From positions 1 to 52,422 of the forward strand of contig JACDCM010000001.1 in NCBI GenBank assembly GCA_013817545.1: a stretch of DNA of 52,422 nucleotides, given 5' to 3'. Source of the stretch: Gemmatimonadaceae bacterium (GTDB lineage: Bacteria; Gemmatimonadota; Gemmatimonadetes; Gemmatimonadales; Gemmatimonadaceae). A program made the position numbers and the translations under genes. The notes under the pieces were generated by a model, which had not been told where the DNA came from, ran no database searches, and saw nothing but the letters and a program-made list of their open reading frames with translations. Shown here one piece after another: positions 1 through 8,960 of the stretch. Numbering within the stretch: the stretch's first letter is position 1; the number at the start of each line of letters is the position of its first letter.

Positions 1-1
1 T

Positions 2-523
2 GAGCTGAAAAATTACGTGGTATCGAAACTTGGTGAAGCCGGCTGGGCTTCACTGGTGGCCGAGGCTGGCCTGGAATCGAAAGCGTATTTTCCAAGCGAG
101 ACCTATCCCGACGAAGAGATCAGGGCAATCGTGTCGACGGCGGCACTCCGGACCGGCGCTTCGGAACAGGACATCCTTCAGGAATTCGGTATTTTTCTCG
201 CCCCGACACTCTTGAGCGTGTACAAGCCTCTCGTGAAGCCGGAATGGCGCACTCTCGATCTGATTGAGCGTACGGAGCAAACGATACACAAAGTGGTGCG
301 GAGAAAGGATCCCGGAGCGCTGCCTCCAGAGCTGAGGGTAGCGAGGATGTCCAGGAGCGAAGTGATCATCACTTACACGTCGCGACGCCGCATGTGCTCC
401 GTGGCCAAAGGCATCGCAGCGGGCGTCGCGAGACACTATGGAGAGACCGTGAACATCACCGAGCTCGAGTGCATGCACAACGGTGCTGGACAGTGCAGGA
501 TCTCGGTTACGCTGGTGAGCTGA
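2..523 (+). CDS. H-NOX (heme NO/O2-binding, HNOB family) protein; 5' end cut by the window edge
   Basis: The frame is open from nt 2 (ELKNYVVSKLGEAGW...). A candidate proximal His sits in TIHKVV. The Y-x-S-x-R heme-propionate motif (YTSRR) lies 29 residues downstream, with DPGALPPE between them. The C-terminal ELECMHNGAGQCRISV is typical of the family. Confidence 0.8.
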   Translation, partial: ELKNYVVSKLGEAGWASLVAEAGLESKAYFPSETYPDEEIRAIVSTAALRTGASEQDILQEFGIFLAPTLLSVYKPLVKPEWRTLDLIERTEQTIHKVVRRKDPGALPPELRVARMSRSEVIITYTSRRRMCSVAKGIAAGVARHYGETVNITELECMHNGAGQCRISVTLVS

Positions 524-587
524 TCCGGAGATTCGTGGCCCGTCGTGGCCGCTCGATGCCGTGGTATCCGCACACGACGCACTCTTC

Positions 588-2087
588 TCAATACACCATC
601 ATAAGCGGGTTCTCCAGCAATCGACGCAGGGTCTGCAGGAATTTCGCGCCGGTCGCGCCATCGATCACCCGGTGGTCGCAGCTCATTGTGACGCGCATTC
701 GCTTGCGCACAACAACTTCTCCGCTCACAACGACCGGCTTTTCCTCCACGGATCCAATGGCGAGAATGCCTGCCTCGGGAGGATTGATTATCGCCGTGAA
801 TTGATCGATTCCGAACATACCCAGGTTCGATACTGTAAATGTTGAACCCGTGTACTCCTCCGGTTTGAGTTTTCGATCGCGTGCGCGCTTTGCCAGCTCC
901 CTGGCTTCGACAGAGATTTCGCTCATTCTCTTCCTGTCCGCATCGAAGATCACCGGTGTGATAAGCCCCTCCGGGATTGCGACTGCCATGCCCAGATGCA
1001 CGCGACTGAAGACACGAATCCTGTCGCCGAGCCAGTGCGCGTTTACCTCCGGATGCCGTGACAATGCGATGGCAACGGATTTCATCACGATGTCATTAAC
1101 CGAGACCTTGAACTCATCCCCCAATTCCAGCATAGCCGAACGCATCTCGCCGACTCGCTCCATGTCGAACTCGGAGGTCAGATAGAAAGTCGGGATTGGT
1201 CCGATTGACTCCGCGAGCCGCCTGGCAATTGTCTTTCTGATTGGGGAGAGTGGGATATCCTCGTAGTCGAACTGGCCCTCGGATTGTCCCGCTGAGACGG
1301 CTGCCGTGCCAGCAGCCGCTGTTGTCTGCGCGGTGGCCGCGGCCTCGATATCCCGCTTTATGATTCGGCCGGCTGGGCCGCTCCCTTGGACGTTGTGTAA
1401 GTCCATGCCCTTCTCGGAGGCCAGTCGCCGCGCCAGCGGTGAAGACCTCGGCCGTTCTCCCTCGGTTTCCGCATGTGGCGGTTGCTCGGTGGCGGGCTGC
1501 GGCTCTGATGGTGGGCGGTACCGCGGGGCGGCGTTGCCCATTAGTTTTGGGGCACTCTGTGCGCCATTACCCGTGGACACCGATTTGGGCGCTTGCTCCC
1601 GTGCCGCGTTGGGGGTATCTGACTGGGCAGCAGCGTCCGGCTCGCCAGCATTACCTTCTGGCTGATCATCGGGTGGCGTATCCGCTTTCTCGGCCTGCGG
1701 GGGTGCAACGCTTGCGGCTGCGGCTGAAGGCTTGGAGGATTTTGAAGCATCGCCCGTAGATTGTTCCTTGGGGGGGCCCCCCGCAGCCTCTCCTCCCGAG
1801 CCAGCGTCCGTCCCCGTGGACGCCCCAACCAGCGCTCCGATGTCTTCGTCCGCTCCCCCTACAACTCCAATGAGCGAGCCAACCGGAACTGTCTGACCCT
1901 CTGACGCCAACCTCTTTCTAAGTACGCCATCGCCCCTGGCCACTATCTCCATTACCGCCTTGTCAGTCTCGACTTCGGCAAGCGGCTCGCCGCTCTTGAT
2001 CTGATCCCCCTCGTTCTTGAGCCACTTGACCAACCGACCCTCTTCCATGGTCGGTGACAGTGCCTCCATAACGATTTTAGTAGCCAT
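588..2087 (-). CDS. pdhC: Dihydrolipoamide acetyltransferase, E2 component of the pyruvate/2-oxoacid dehydrogenase complex
   Basis: N-terminal lipoyl domain (EVETDKAVMEI). A long Ala/Pro/Gly/Ser linker follows, then an E3-binding segment (SPLARRLASEKGMDL). The C-terminal catalytic domain carries DHRVIDGA. Confidence 0.95.
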   Translation of the reverse strand: MATKIVMEALSPTMEEGRLVKWLKNEGDQIKSGEPLAEVETDKAVMEIVARGDGVLRKRLASEGQTVPVGSLIGVVGGADEDIGALVGASTGTDAGSGGEAAGGPPKEQSTGDASKSSKPSAAAASVAPPQAEKADTPPDDQPEGNAGEPDAAAQSDTPNAAREQAPKSVSTGNGAQSAPKLMGNAAPRYRPPSEPQPATEQPPHAETEGERPRSSPLARRLASEKGMDLHNVQGSGPAGRIIKRDIEAAATAQTTAAAGTAAVSAGQSEGQFDYEDIPLSPIRKTIARRLAESIGPIPTFYLTSEFDMERVGEMRSAMLELGDEFKVSVNDIVMKSVAIALSRHPEVNAHWLGDRIRVFSRVHLGMAVAIPEGLITPVIFDADRKRMSEISVEARELAKRARDRKLKPEEYTGSTFTVSNLGMFGIDQFTAIINPPEAGILAIGSVEEKPVVVSGEVVVRKRMRVTMSCDHRVIDGATGAKFLQTLRRLLENPLMMVY

Positions 2088-2214
2088 CGATTTCTCTCTG
2101 AAAACAGGTTGCTGTGATCGACTGCGCGGCGCCAGAAATTGTGAAGAACGAGGTCTGGAGCACCAGGAACCGGCCGCTAATCACGCGATTGGAAGGCTGC
2201 GCAAACTCGTCTCG

Positions 2215-3198
2215 CTAAGATTCGAGGTACATGACGCGCTTGACCGCCTCGACTGTCTTCCGCGCATCGGGCTTTGCCGCTTTTTCTATGGCTTTGGCAT
2301 ATGGCATCGGCACGTCGGCCTGGTGGACGCGCAGGACTGGCGCATCCAGATCGTCAAAGCACTCGCGCTGGATGTAATCCGCCACCTGAGCGCCAACGCC
2401 GCAGAACTCCCAACCCTCTTCAACGACCACGGCACGATTGGTCTTCCGTACCGACGTCACGATTGTCTCAACATCCATCGGTCGAATGGTGCGCAGATCG
2501 ACGACGTCGATATTGATGCCTTCCTTGGCGAACTGATCCGCAACCTGCATTGCGACGAGCACCATCTTGCCATGCGACACGATCGTGCAATGCTCTCCCT
2601 CTCGCTTGAGCTCCGCCTTTCCGATAGGCACCATGAAGTCTTCTTCGGGCACTTCGCCCTTTGTGTTGTACAACATCTCTCCTTCCAGGAAGATCACGGG
2701 GTTATCGTCCCGTATCGCGCTCTTGAGAAGCCCCTTGGCATCGTATGGCGTAGCAGGCGCAACAACCTTGAGACCGGGGATGTGCGCAAGCCAGGACTCC
2801 CATGCCTGGGAGTGCTGAGCGGAGAGCTGAAGAGCTGCGCCATTCGGGCCCCGAAATACCATCGGCATGGGATACTGGCCCCCGCTCATGTAAAGCATTT
2901 TGGCGGCGGCGTTCACCACCTGGTCGAGCGCCAGGAGCGCGAAATTCCACGTCATGAATTCAATGATCGGCCGAAGTCCCACCATGGCGGCCCCAACGCC
3001 GACACCAGCGAAGCCGAGCTCCGTTATCGGAGTGTCCACAACACGCATCTCGCCGAATTCCTGCAGCAAACCCTTGGACACCTTGTACGCACCCTGATAC
3101 ACGCCGACCTCTTCCCCCATCAGGAAAACCCTGTCATCCCTCTGCATCTCCTCTCGCAGAGCCTGATTGAGCGCGTCGCGATATGTGATAACAGGCAT
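2215..3198 (-). CDS. pdhB: Pyruvate dehydrogenase E1 component, beta subunit
   Basis: The 327 aa translation is typical of transketolase-like E1 beta (MPVITYRDALNQALREEM, VVDTPITELGFAG). It lies between E1 alpha and E2. Confidence 0.95.
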   Translation of the reverse strand: MPVITYRDALNQALREEMQRDDRVFLMGEEVGVYQGAYKVSKGLLQEFGEMRVVDTPITELGFAGVGVGAAMVGLRPIIEFMTWNFALLALDQVVNAAAKMLYMSGGQYPMPMVFRGPNGAALQLSAQHSQAWESWLAHIPGLKVVAPATPYDAKGLLKSAIRDDNPVIFLEGEMLYNTKGEVPEEDFMVPIGKAELKREGEHCTIVSHGKMVLVAMQVADQFAKEGINIDVVDLRTIRPMDVETIVTSVRKTNRAVVVEEGWEFCGVGAQVADYIQRECFDDLDAPVLRVHQADVPMPYAKAIEKAAKPDARKTVEAVKRVMYLES

Positions 3199-3204
3199 TG
3201 CTCG

Positions 3205-4329
3205 TCAGTCTCCGGCGACGGCGGCGCTCTCTACAGCGTCGCTGGTGGTATCAACGAGAACATCCTCATACAGCGCGTCTCCGGACGGTTCCGGACTATT
3301 GTCCGCGAAATTCCAGGAGTCTTCCACTACTTCCCTCACTTCCTTGTCCATGGCAGTCATACTTTCGTCATTCCAATCGCCCATCTCCTCCATCTGCCCA
3401 CGAAGCACCATGATGGGATCGCGCTTCATGTGCTCTTCCAGCTCTTCCTTGGTTCGGTAGGTGCCGCTTACCGCATCGGACATGGAGTGGCCCATGAATC
3501 GATACGTGCGCATCTCGAGCAATGTCGGAGTGTGCTCTTTGCGGGCGCGTGTCACCGCGCGCGCAATAGCTTCGCGCACAACGAACACATCCTGTCCATC
3601 AACTACTTCGTTTGGCATGTCGTACGAGCAGGCCCGCTCGGCGATGTCGTTAATTGCGGACGCGCGCTCCAGAGCCGTACCCATCCCATAGCGATTGTTC
3701 TCAATGACGTATATGACGGGAAGCTTCCACAGGGCCGCCATGTTGAGCGCCTCATGGAACGCGCCGTTGTTTACGGCTGCCTCGCCAAAAAAGCAGAGGC
3801 AGACCTGATCACCCCCTCGATATTTGATCGCGAACGCCACGCCTGTCGCCAGCGGGATGTGTCCACCGACTATTCCATGGCCGCCTAGAAAGTTTGTGTT
3901 ACGGTCGAAAAGGTGCATGGATCCACCCTTTCCCTTGCTGCAGCCGTCCGAGCGTCCGAACAACTCTGCCATTACCGCGCGCGGAGTCACCCCGCGGGCG
4001 AGCGCCTGACCGTGGTCGCGATAGCTGGTGACCACGTAGTCGTCCTCACGCAGAACACTGATAGCGCCTGTTCCAACTGCTTCCTGTCCGATGTACAGAT
4101 GGCAGAAGCCCCCGATTTTTCCCAGAGCATACGCCTCGGCCACCTTTTCCTCGAAACGTCGTTGCAGCAGCATCGAGCGGAGCAGGCTTTGTCTCAGGTC
4201 AGCGTCTTCCCGACCTGTGAGTGCAGGCTTTGTCTGTCTGGATTGGCTTCGGGCCGGCGCGTTATTATCGGAGCGCTTTTTGGACACTGAGTAGTGAGAG
4301 GGTGGGAGGTGAGTGTTCGAGTGTCGCAA
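3205..4329 (-). CDS. pdhA: Pyruvate dehydrogenase E1 component, alpha subunit (TPP-binding)
   Basis: Contains LLQRRFEEKV, GFCHLYIGQEAV and the TPP-binding region GDQVCLCFFGEAAVNNGAFHEALN. The stop is 6 nt before the pdhB start. The true start may lie downstream of 4329. Confidence 0.92.
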   Translation of the reverse strand: MRHSNTHLPPSHYSVSKKRSDNNAPARSQSRQTKPALTGREDADLRQSLLRSMLLQRRFEEKVAEAYALGKIGGFCHLYIGQEAVGTGAISVLREDDYVVTSYRDHGQALARGVTPRAVMAELFGRSDGCSKGKGGSMHLFDRNTNFLGGHGIVGGHIPLATGVAFAIKYRGGDQVCLCFFGEAAVNNGAFHEALNMAALWKLPVIYVIENNRYGMGTALERASAINDIAERACSYDMPNEVVDGQDVFVVREAIARAVTRARKEHTPTLLEMRTYRFMGHSMSDAVSGTYRTKEELEEHMKRDPIMVLRGQMEEMGDWNDESMTAMDKEVREVVEDSWNFADNSPEPSGDALYEDVLVDTTSDAVESAAVAGD

Positions 4330-4367
4330 ACTGAGGGAATTTGAGCGACGGCTGTGGGGAATCGTTT

Positions 4368-5327
4368 CTAACGCCGCGAAGAAGCGATCTCACTCGCAGC
4401 TTCCAACTGGGCGCTCCCCACGGTCTGAGCGCGCTGGGCCTGCTCCCACGCATGATAACTCGACCGAACGAGCGGGCCGCTCTCAACGTGCTTGAAACCC
4501 ATACCCATGCCCTCGTCTTTCAGCATGCGAAATTCGTTTGGGGTCACGTAGCGGTCGAGTTTGATGTGGCTGTTCGATGGCCTGAGGTACTGGCCTAGCG
4601 TGAGGATATCGACGTCCACTGTTCTAAGGTCCCGCATGACCGCGAGGATCTCCTCATTGGTTTCGCCCATTCCAAGGATGAGGCCTGTCTTGGTGGGCAT
4701 CTCGGGAGCTTCGCGCTTGACGAAGCGGAAAATGTTCAGCACGCGCTCGTAGCGACCGCCTGGCCGGCAACGCTTGTACAGGCGCGGCACGGTCTCGGTA
4801 TTGTGGTTGTAAATGTCCGGGCCGGCCGCGAGCACCGTGCTAATGCTTGTTTCGCGTCCCTGGAAATCAGGGACCAGTACCTCGATGGAACACTCCGGAA
4901 GGCGCGCCCGAATCTCGCGTATTGTTTCGGCGAATATGTAAGCACCGAAGTCGGGAAGATCATCACGGTCCACGGACGTGATGACGGCATGTTGCAGTCC
5001 CATCTCCGCAATCGCCCGAGCTACCCTCGACGGCTCTTCCATATCATAAGCAGGAGGCCTGCCGTGCGAGACGGCGCAATACGCGCAATTCCTCGTGCAG
5101 ACGTCGCCAAGAATCATGAATGTCGCGGTTCCGTGCTCCCAACATTCTCCTACGTTGGGGCAGTGCGCCTCTTCGCAAACGGTGTGCAGCCCGAGTTCCC
5201 GCATGAGATTCTTGAGGCGTACGTAGTTTTCCCCTCCAGGCGCGCGCACTTTGAGCCAGGAAGGCTTTCGCTCCGGAAGCGGCTCCGCGCGGTGGCGGCC
5301 AAGTATTTGGTAAAGAGTATCCTGCAT
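4368..5327 (-). CDS. lipA: Lipoyl synthase (radical SAM)
   Basis: Radical SAM cluster CTRNCAYC plus the auxiliary cluster motif CEEAHCPNVGEC. The C-terminal RSSY motif is present. It ends 38 nt upstream of pdhA. Confidence 0.95.
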   Translation of the reverse strand: MQDTLYQILGRHRAEPLPERKPSWLKVRAPGGENYVRLKNLMRELGLHTVCEEAHCPNVGECWEHGTATFMILGDVCTRNCAYCAVSHGRPPAYDMEEPSRVARAIAEMGLQHAVITSVDRDDLPDFGAYIFAETIREIRARLPECSIEVLVPDFQGRETSISTVLAAGPDIYNHNTETVPRLYKRCRPGGRYERVLNIFRFVKREAPEMPTKTGLILGMGETNEEILAVMRDLRTVDVDILTLGQYLRPSNSHIKLDRYVTPNEFRMLKDEGMGMGFKHVESGPLVRSSYHAWEQAQRAQTVGSAQLEAASEIASSRR

Positions 5328-5690
5328 TGACTAGAGCTCTGAGTGTGTCCTAACGTATCGATTTAATGCAGTCGCCAGCGCCGGCGATTCAGGCGGACTG
5401 ACAGGAGTTCGGCATCTGGTAATCAGCATTCGATCGGTCGATACGGCGAGAGTGGTTGGTGCCCAGGCAACTTTCCCTGCGGCTCACGATTTCCCGGCGC
5501 GTCACGACACCCTGGTCGTTCCTCGGTATTTCAGACTATGCCGCCTTTGGCCATCCGGCATCGCGGCGCCGGCTTCCAAGCGTCGGTCTCAAATTGTGCG
5601 TGTGAATATTACCCCGATCGACCCCGAAAGGTAGACCGTGGTAACTGTTCATTCCAGCTTTGCCGGTTAGCGCTTTGAACTGAACAGCAA

Positions 5691-6845
5691 TCAGCATTTC
5701 CCTCGAAATCGTTCAATTGAAAATGGTAGTACGTCTGGCTGCGCAGCTTCGCCGTCAGCCAGCGATGCTATTATTTCGCCCGTAATTGGTGCCAGGAGGA
5801 TGCCGTTGCGCGAGTGCCCGCAAGCATAGAGAAGCGAGGCGTGTGCTGGGTCTCGGCCGATGATGGGAAGAAGATCGGGTGTCATGGGGCGCAGGCCGCA
5901 CCATCGAGCGACTTCAGGCGCCACGCGGAGAGGCGGACAGAGGGATAATGCCGCCGCGGCTATTGCGGAGGTGCCTTCTTCCGTTGTGGCCACATCGAAA
6001 CCCGAAAGTTCCATGGTGCTGCCGGCGACACTGTTTTCCCCGCGCGGGACGATGTAACCCCGGGGGCCGTAGGCGACATGTGTCAGTGGATGGGCGCCAA
6101 GCGCTAACATTTGCCCTCGTACTGGTGTGACGGGGATTTTTCGCGGCAGGCCGGCAAGCAGCGGTGTCCATGAGCCGGCAGCGAGCACCACTACATCGCC
6201 TTCGTGCAAGCCATGCCGGGTACGTATCCCGATCGATGCTGTCCCAGCGCGCGTCAGCAGCTCCATCGCCTTGACGTCCGCGAATTCGACAGAGGGGTCA
6301 ACAGCAAGAGCGCGGTTAAGCGCGCTCAGCAGGAGAACATTGTCTACCGCGCCGTCGCCGGGATGATATAATGCGCCGCTGGCGTGGCCGAGCGCAGGCT
6401 CCATATCGCGCAGACTTTCCGGCGTTAGCCATTGCGATCCTATGGGAGCTTCGCGCTCCAGCCTTGCCGCCTCTTCCGCGGTCAGAGCGACTTCCAGAAT
6501 TCCGTTACGCAACAGCGAAACGTGAATACCGGTGCGGTCCTTCAGATCGTCGATGAGTTCGGGGTACCGATCCCGGGCTTTTACGCCGAAGGCATGCGTC
6601 CACCCCACGGCACTTTCGACACTCGGTCCAAGTATGCCTCCCGCAGCCAGCGAGGCCTCTCCAGGCTGACGTTCCGCTACGATCGTAACGGCCCACCCAC
6701 GTCGCGAGAGCGCGTTCGCGCAGCAGAGACCGATAAGTCCTCCACCTACAACGACCGCTCGGGACGATGCTCTGTTCCGCGGTGATTTCACTGGAATCAG
6801 ATCAACTGAAACCCACGAAACCCGCGTCCGTAAGGTAGCCAGCAC
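5691..6845 (-). CDS. FAD-dependent oxidoreductase, DAO family (glycine oxidase ThiO-like)
   Basis: N-terminal dinucleotide fold VVVGGGLIGLCCANAL. The C-terminal GHSRNGILLAP is typical of DAO/ThiO-type oxidases. The start is uncertain and an internal GTG is possible. Confidence 0.75.
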   Translation of the reverse strand: MLATLRTRVSWVSVDLIPVKSPRNRASSRAVVVGGGLIGLCCANALSRRGWAVTIVAERQPGEASLAAGGILGPSVESAVGWTHAFGVKARDRYPELIDDLKDRTGIHVSLLRNGILEVALTAEEAARLEREAPIGSQWLTPESLRDMEPALGHASGALYHPGDGAVDNVLLLSALNRALAVDPSVEFADVKAMELLTRAGTASIGIRTRHGLHEGDVVVLAAGSWTPLLAGLPRKIPVTPVRGQMLALGAHPLTHVAYGPRGYIVPRGENSVAGSTMELSGFDVATTEEGTSAIAAAALSLCPPLRVAPEVARWCGLRPMTPDLLPIIGRDPAHASLLYACGHSRNGILLAPITGEIIASLADGEAAQPDVLPFSIERFRGKC

Positions 6846-6865
6846 CCGACCGGAGAATACAAGAG

Positions 6866-7081
6866 ATGCTGCGCACCATTTTCGCTGTAGGAGCCATGGC
6901 GCTCCTGGGACTGTTTCTGCTCAAGTTTGCGTTTGGAATTTTTGGGGGCTTGTTCGCCCTCTTGTTCGTGCTACTCGGTTTGGCGATCAAGATCGCGCTC
7001 GTCGGGCTTGTCGTGTATCTGGTAATCAGGATAGTCAGTCCGGATACCGCTAGACGCCTGCGGAATCGCTGGGGCACTTAA
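6866..7081 (+). CDS. Small hydrophobic membrane protein (two predicted TM helices)
   Basis: The 71 aa ORF is almost entirely hydrophobic (LLGLFLLKFAFGIFGGLFALLFVLLGLAIKIALVGLVVYLVI) with a basic C-terminus. I recognise no family. Confidence 0.45.
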   Translation: MLRTIFAVGAMALLGLFLLKFAFGIFGGLFALLFVLLGLAIKIALVGLVVYLVIRIVSPDTARRLRNRWGT

Positions 7082-7218
7082 TCGATTCCTGAAGCACGTA
7101 TTCGTGTAGCGACAGGATCATGGCACGGCGGCGAGCGCGCAGTTTGGCGCCGGCGCACCGCGCCTGAAGCAACCTGACAGGAGTGTGGTTGTCGCTGCCG
7201 GAGGCAATTGTCAGATTT

Positions 7219-8184
7219 CTAGAATCCAGCGTGGTTGTTCGCCAGCATCTCCCGGACGGCCCAACTGAGGAGCGGCACCATGATTTCATGGTGTCCCGTT
7301 ATTTCGAAACCCTCGCCTCCTTCGAGTATCGGCCGTTGAACGACGTTCACTCTCGGGCGATAGTGGCGAACCATGTCCATATCGCAGGTGGTAAACGTCG
7401 TGGGCTTTCCGCCGCCGATGTTTCGCGCGATGGTGAGGGCCTTGAGAAAAACTTCCGGCATGACGACAGCACTGCCGAGGTTGAGGACAACGCCACCGTC
7501 ATGCAAGGCGGGTAGCGAGGCGGCGAGCCGGCGGAAATCTCTATGGCTGGTTTCCCCTATGGCGGCACCGTCAGCGGTTGGGTGCTGGTGAATTATCTCC
7601 GCGCCGATGGCCGCGTGAACAGTCGCGGGCACACCGGCGCGGTGAGCCGCGAGCAGCATCGACAGATCGGGATAAGCCAGTTCGCGCAACTCGAGACCGC
7701 GCGCCACAGATTCGCCCATGCCCCACCGTTGCGACAATCCGAGCCGGAAAGCGTCGTTCATCTCGCGCCCCGTTTCTTCCGCCATGCCGAACGTTCCGTC
7801 ACGGAGACCAAGCGCGACATCCTCCGACGTTCCCCCCCACCGAGCGACTTCGTAGTCGTGAATTGCGGCTGCGCCGTTCATCGCGAGGTGGGTGACGATG
7901 CCCTGGCGAATGAGGTCGATGATGATCGGAGAAAGGCCGGTTTTGATGACGTGACCACCCAGCATGATGACGACCGCGCGTTTCGAGCTCGCGGCCCCTG
8001 CGATCGCGGCTGCCAGGCGGAGGAAGTCACGCGCAACGAGCACATCCGGAAGCGAGCGCAAAAAAGCGCCGAAGGAATGATCTTCACCCGGTGGTGAAGC
8101 GCACTCCTCAGCGCGTAGCTTGTTCGCTCGTTGCGCGATGGGAACAGTCCGGACCGCGGATAGATCCGCCTCCGCAGGAGTCAC
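7219..8184 (-). CDS. Deoxyhypusine-synthase-like (DHS-like NAD-binding fold) protein
   Basis: The pattern VVIMLGGHVIKTGLSPIIIDLIRQGIVTHLAMNGAAAIHDYE and the C-terminal GHHEIMVPLLSWAV resemble the DHS family layout. The call is by pattern recognition only. Confidence 0.5.
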   Translation of the reverse strand: MTPAEADLSAVRTVPIAQRANKLRAEECASPPGEDHSFGAFLRSLPDVLVARDFLRLAAAIAGAASSKRAVVIMLGGHVIKTGLSPIIIDLIRQGIVTHLAMNGAAAIHDYEVARWGGTSEDVALGLRDGTFGMAEETGREMNDAFRLGLSQRWGMGESVARGLELRELAYPDLSMLLAAHRAGVPATVHAAIGAEIIHQHPTADGAAIGETSHRDFRRLAASLPALHDGGVVLNLGSAVVMPEVFLKALTIARNIGGGKPTTFTTCDMDMVRHYRPRVNVVQRPILEGGEGFEITGHHEIMVPLLSWAVREMLANNHAGF

Positions 8185-8960
8185 TGGCCTTTCGTCTGGC
8201 TCCCCGATCCAGCTTGGTACGATCTCAGGTACAGGTTGAGAGATCCGAAGGACAGTGTCGATTTCATTTGCACCATGATGCGTTTGTCATCATCGCTGAG
8301 CCAGATCTCCGCACGCCCCTTTTCCGAGAAGATGCCGCGCGTCTTGATGATCGGTTGAATGACAATAGTGTTGAACGTGCCACCAGGTACCTCGATCCGC
8401 TCCTTTCGCAGCACGCGGATTTTGACCGGGTTCCGGTCCGGACGAAAGTAGCGTCCGAACTCATATGTCTGGCCTACGCTGAAAGGGACCGTGCGGATGA
8501 AGTACAGAAAAGATCCATCGTCGAGAGGATCCTTGACGGTCGGCATCGGGGCCTCGTCGTTTTCGACATACACGCCGCGTTCCGGAAAAATTTCATAGGT
8601 GCGAGTGCGCTCGCGCTTTCCCTCGTCGATGTCCTGAATGTGACGGAGCGACGCGAGGCTGCGCGTATCGAACCAGCTTTCGAACTTGTCATCGACCTTG
8701 TAAAAAAAAGTACCGCCCTTGACACTGAAAACGGTGTGCCAGGCCTCGATGCCACGAATGGATTCGATGCCTTCAACGCGCATGGCTCCTGTCCCAACCC
8801 TGAGTGGCCCGAAGCGGACGTCGTAAGTCAATCGTTCCCCGACGGAAAAGGGAACCAGCGCGCGTCCAGCCTCGCGTTCCTCAACGACGTTCTGCGCAGA
8901 AATGGTCACTGCAAACAGTATCGACAAAAGATAGGTGAGCGACAGTCTGGACATCTTCAT
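8181..8960 (-). CDS. DUF3108-like secreted/envelope protein
   Basis: The start was chosen at MKMSRLSLTYLLSILFAVTISAQN (signal peptide), which gives an ATGA overlap with the upstream glycosyltransferase stop. The GERLTYDVRFGPLRVGTGAMRVEG motif is typical of DUF3108. The longer ORF to 9140 is rejected. Confidence 0.55.
   Translation of the reverse strand: MKMSRLSLTYLLSILFAVTISAQNVVEEREAGRALVPFSVGERLTYDVRFGPLRVGTGAMRVEGIESIRGIEAWHTVFSVKGGTFFYKVDDKFESWFDTRSLASLRHIQDIDEGKRERTRTYEIFPERGVYVENDEAPMPTVKDPLDDGSFLYFIRTVPFSVGQTYEFGRYFRPDRNPVKIRVLRKERIEVPGGTFNTIVIQPIIKTRGIFSEKGRAEIWLSDDDKRIMVQMKSTLSFGSLNLYLRSYQAGSGSQTKGQ

Noticed and set aside
2017-3888. Very long antisense ORFs, such as 2017..3888 (+, 623 aa). 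Others include 15822..16544, 34675..35292, 37029..37745, 37699..38595 and 40910..41668.
   Set aside because: They lie opposite genes with unmistakable conserved motifs. Their composition is Arg/His/Gly/Ala-rich with no recognisable domains. This is the usual stop-codon-poor antisense artefact of high-GC DNA.
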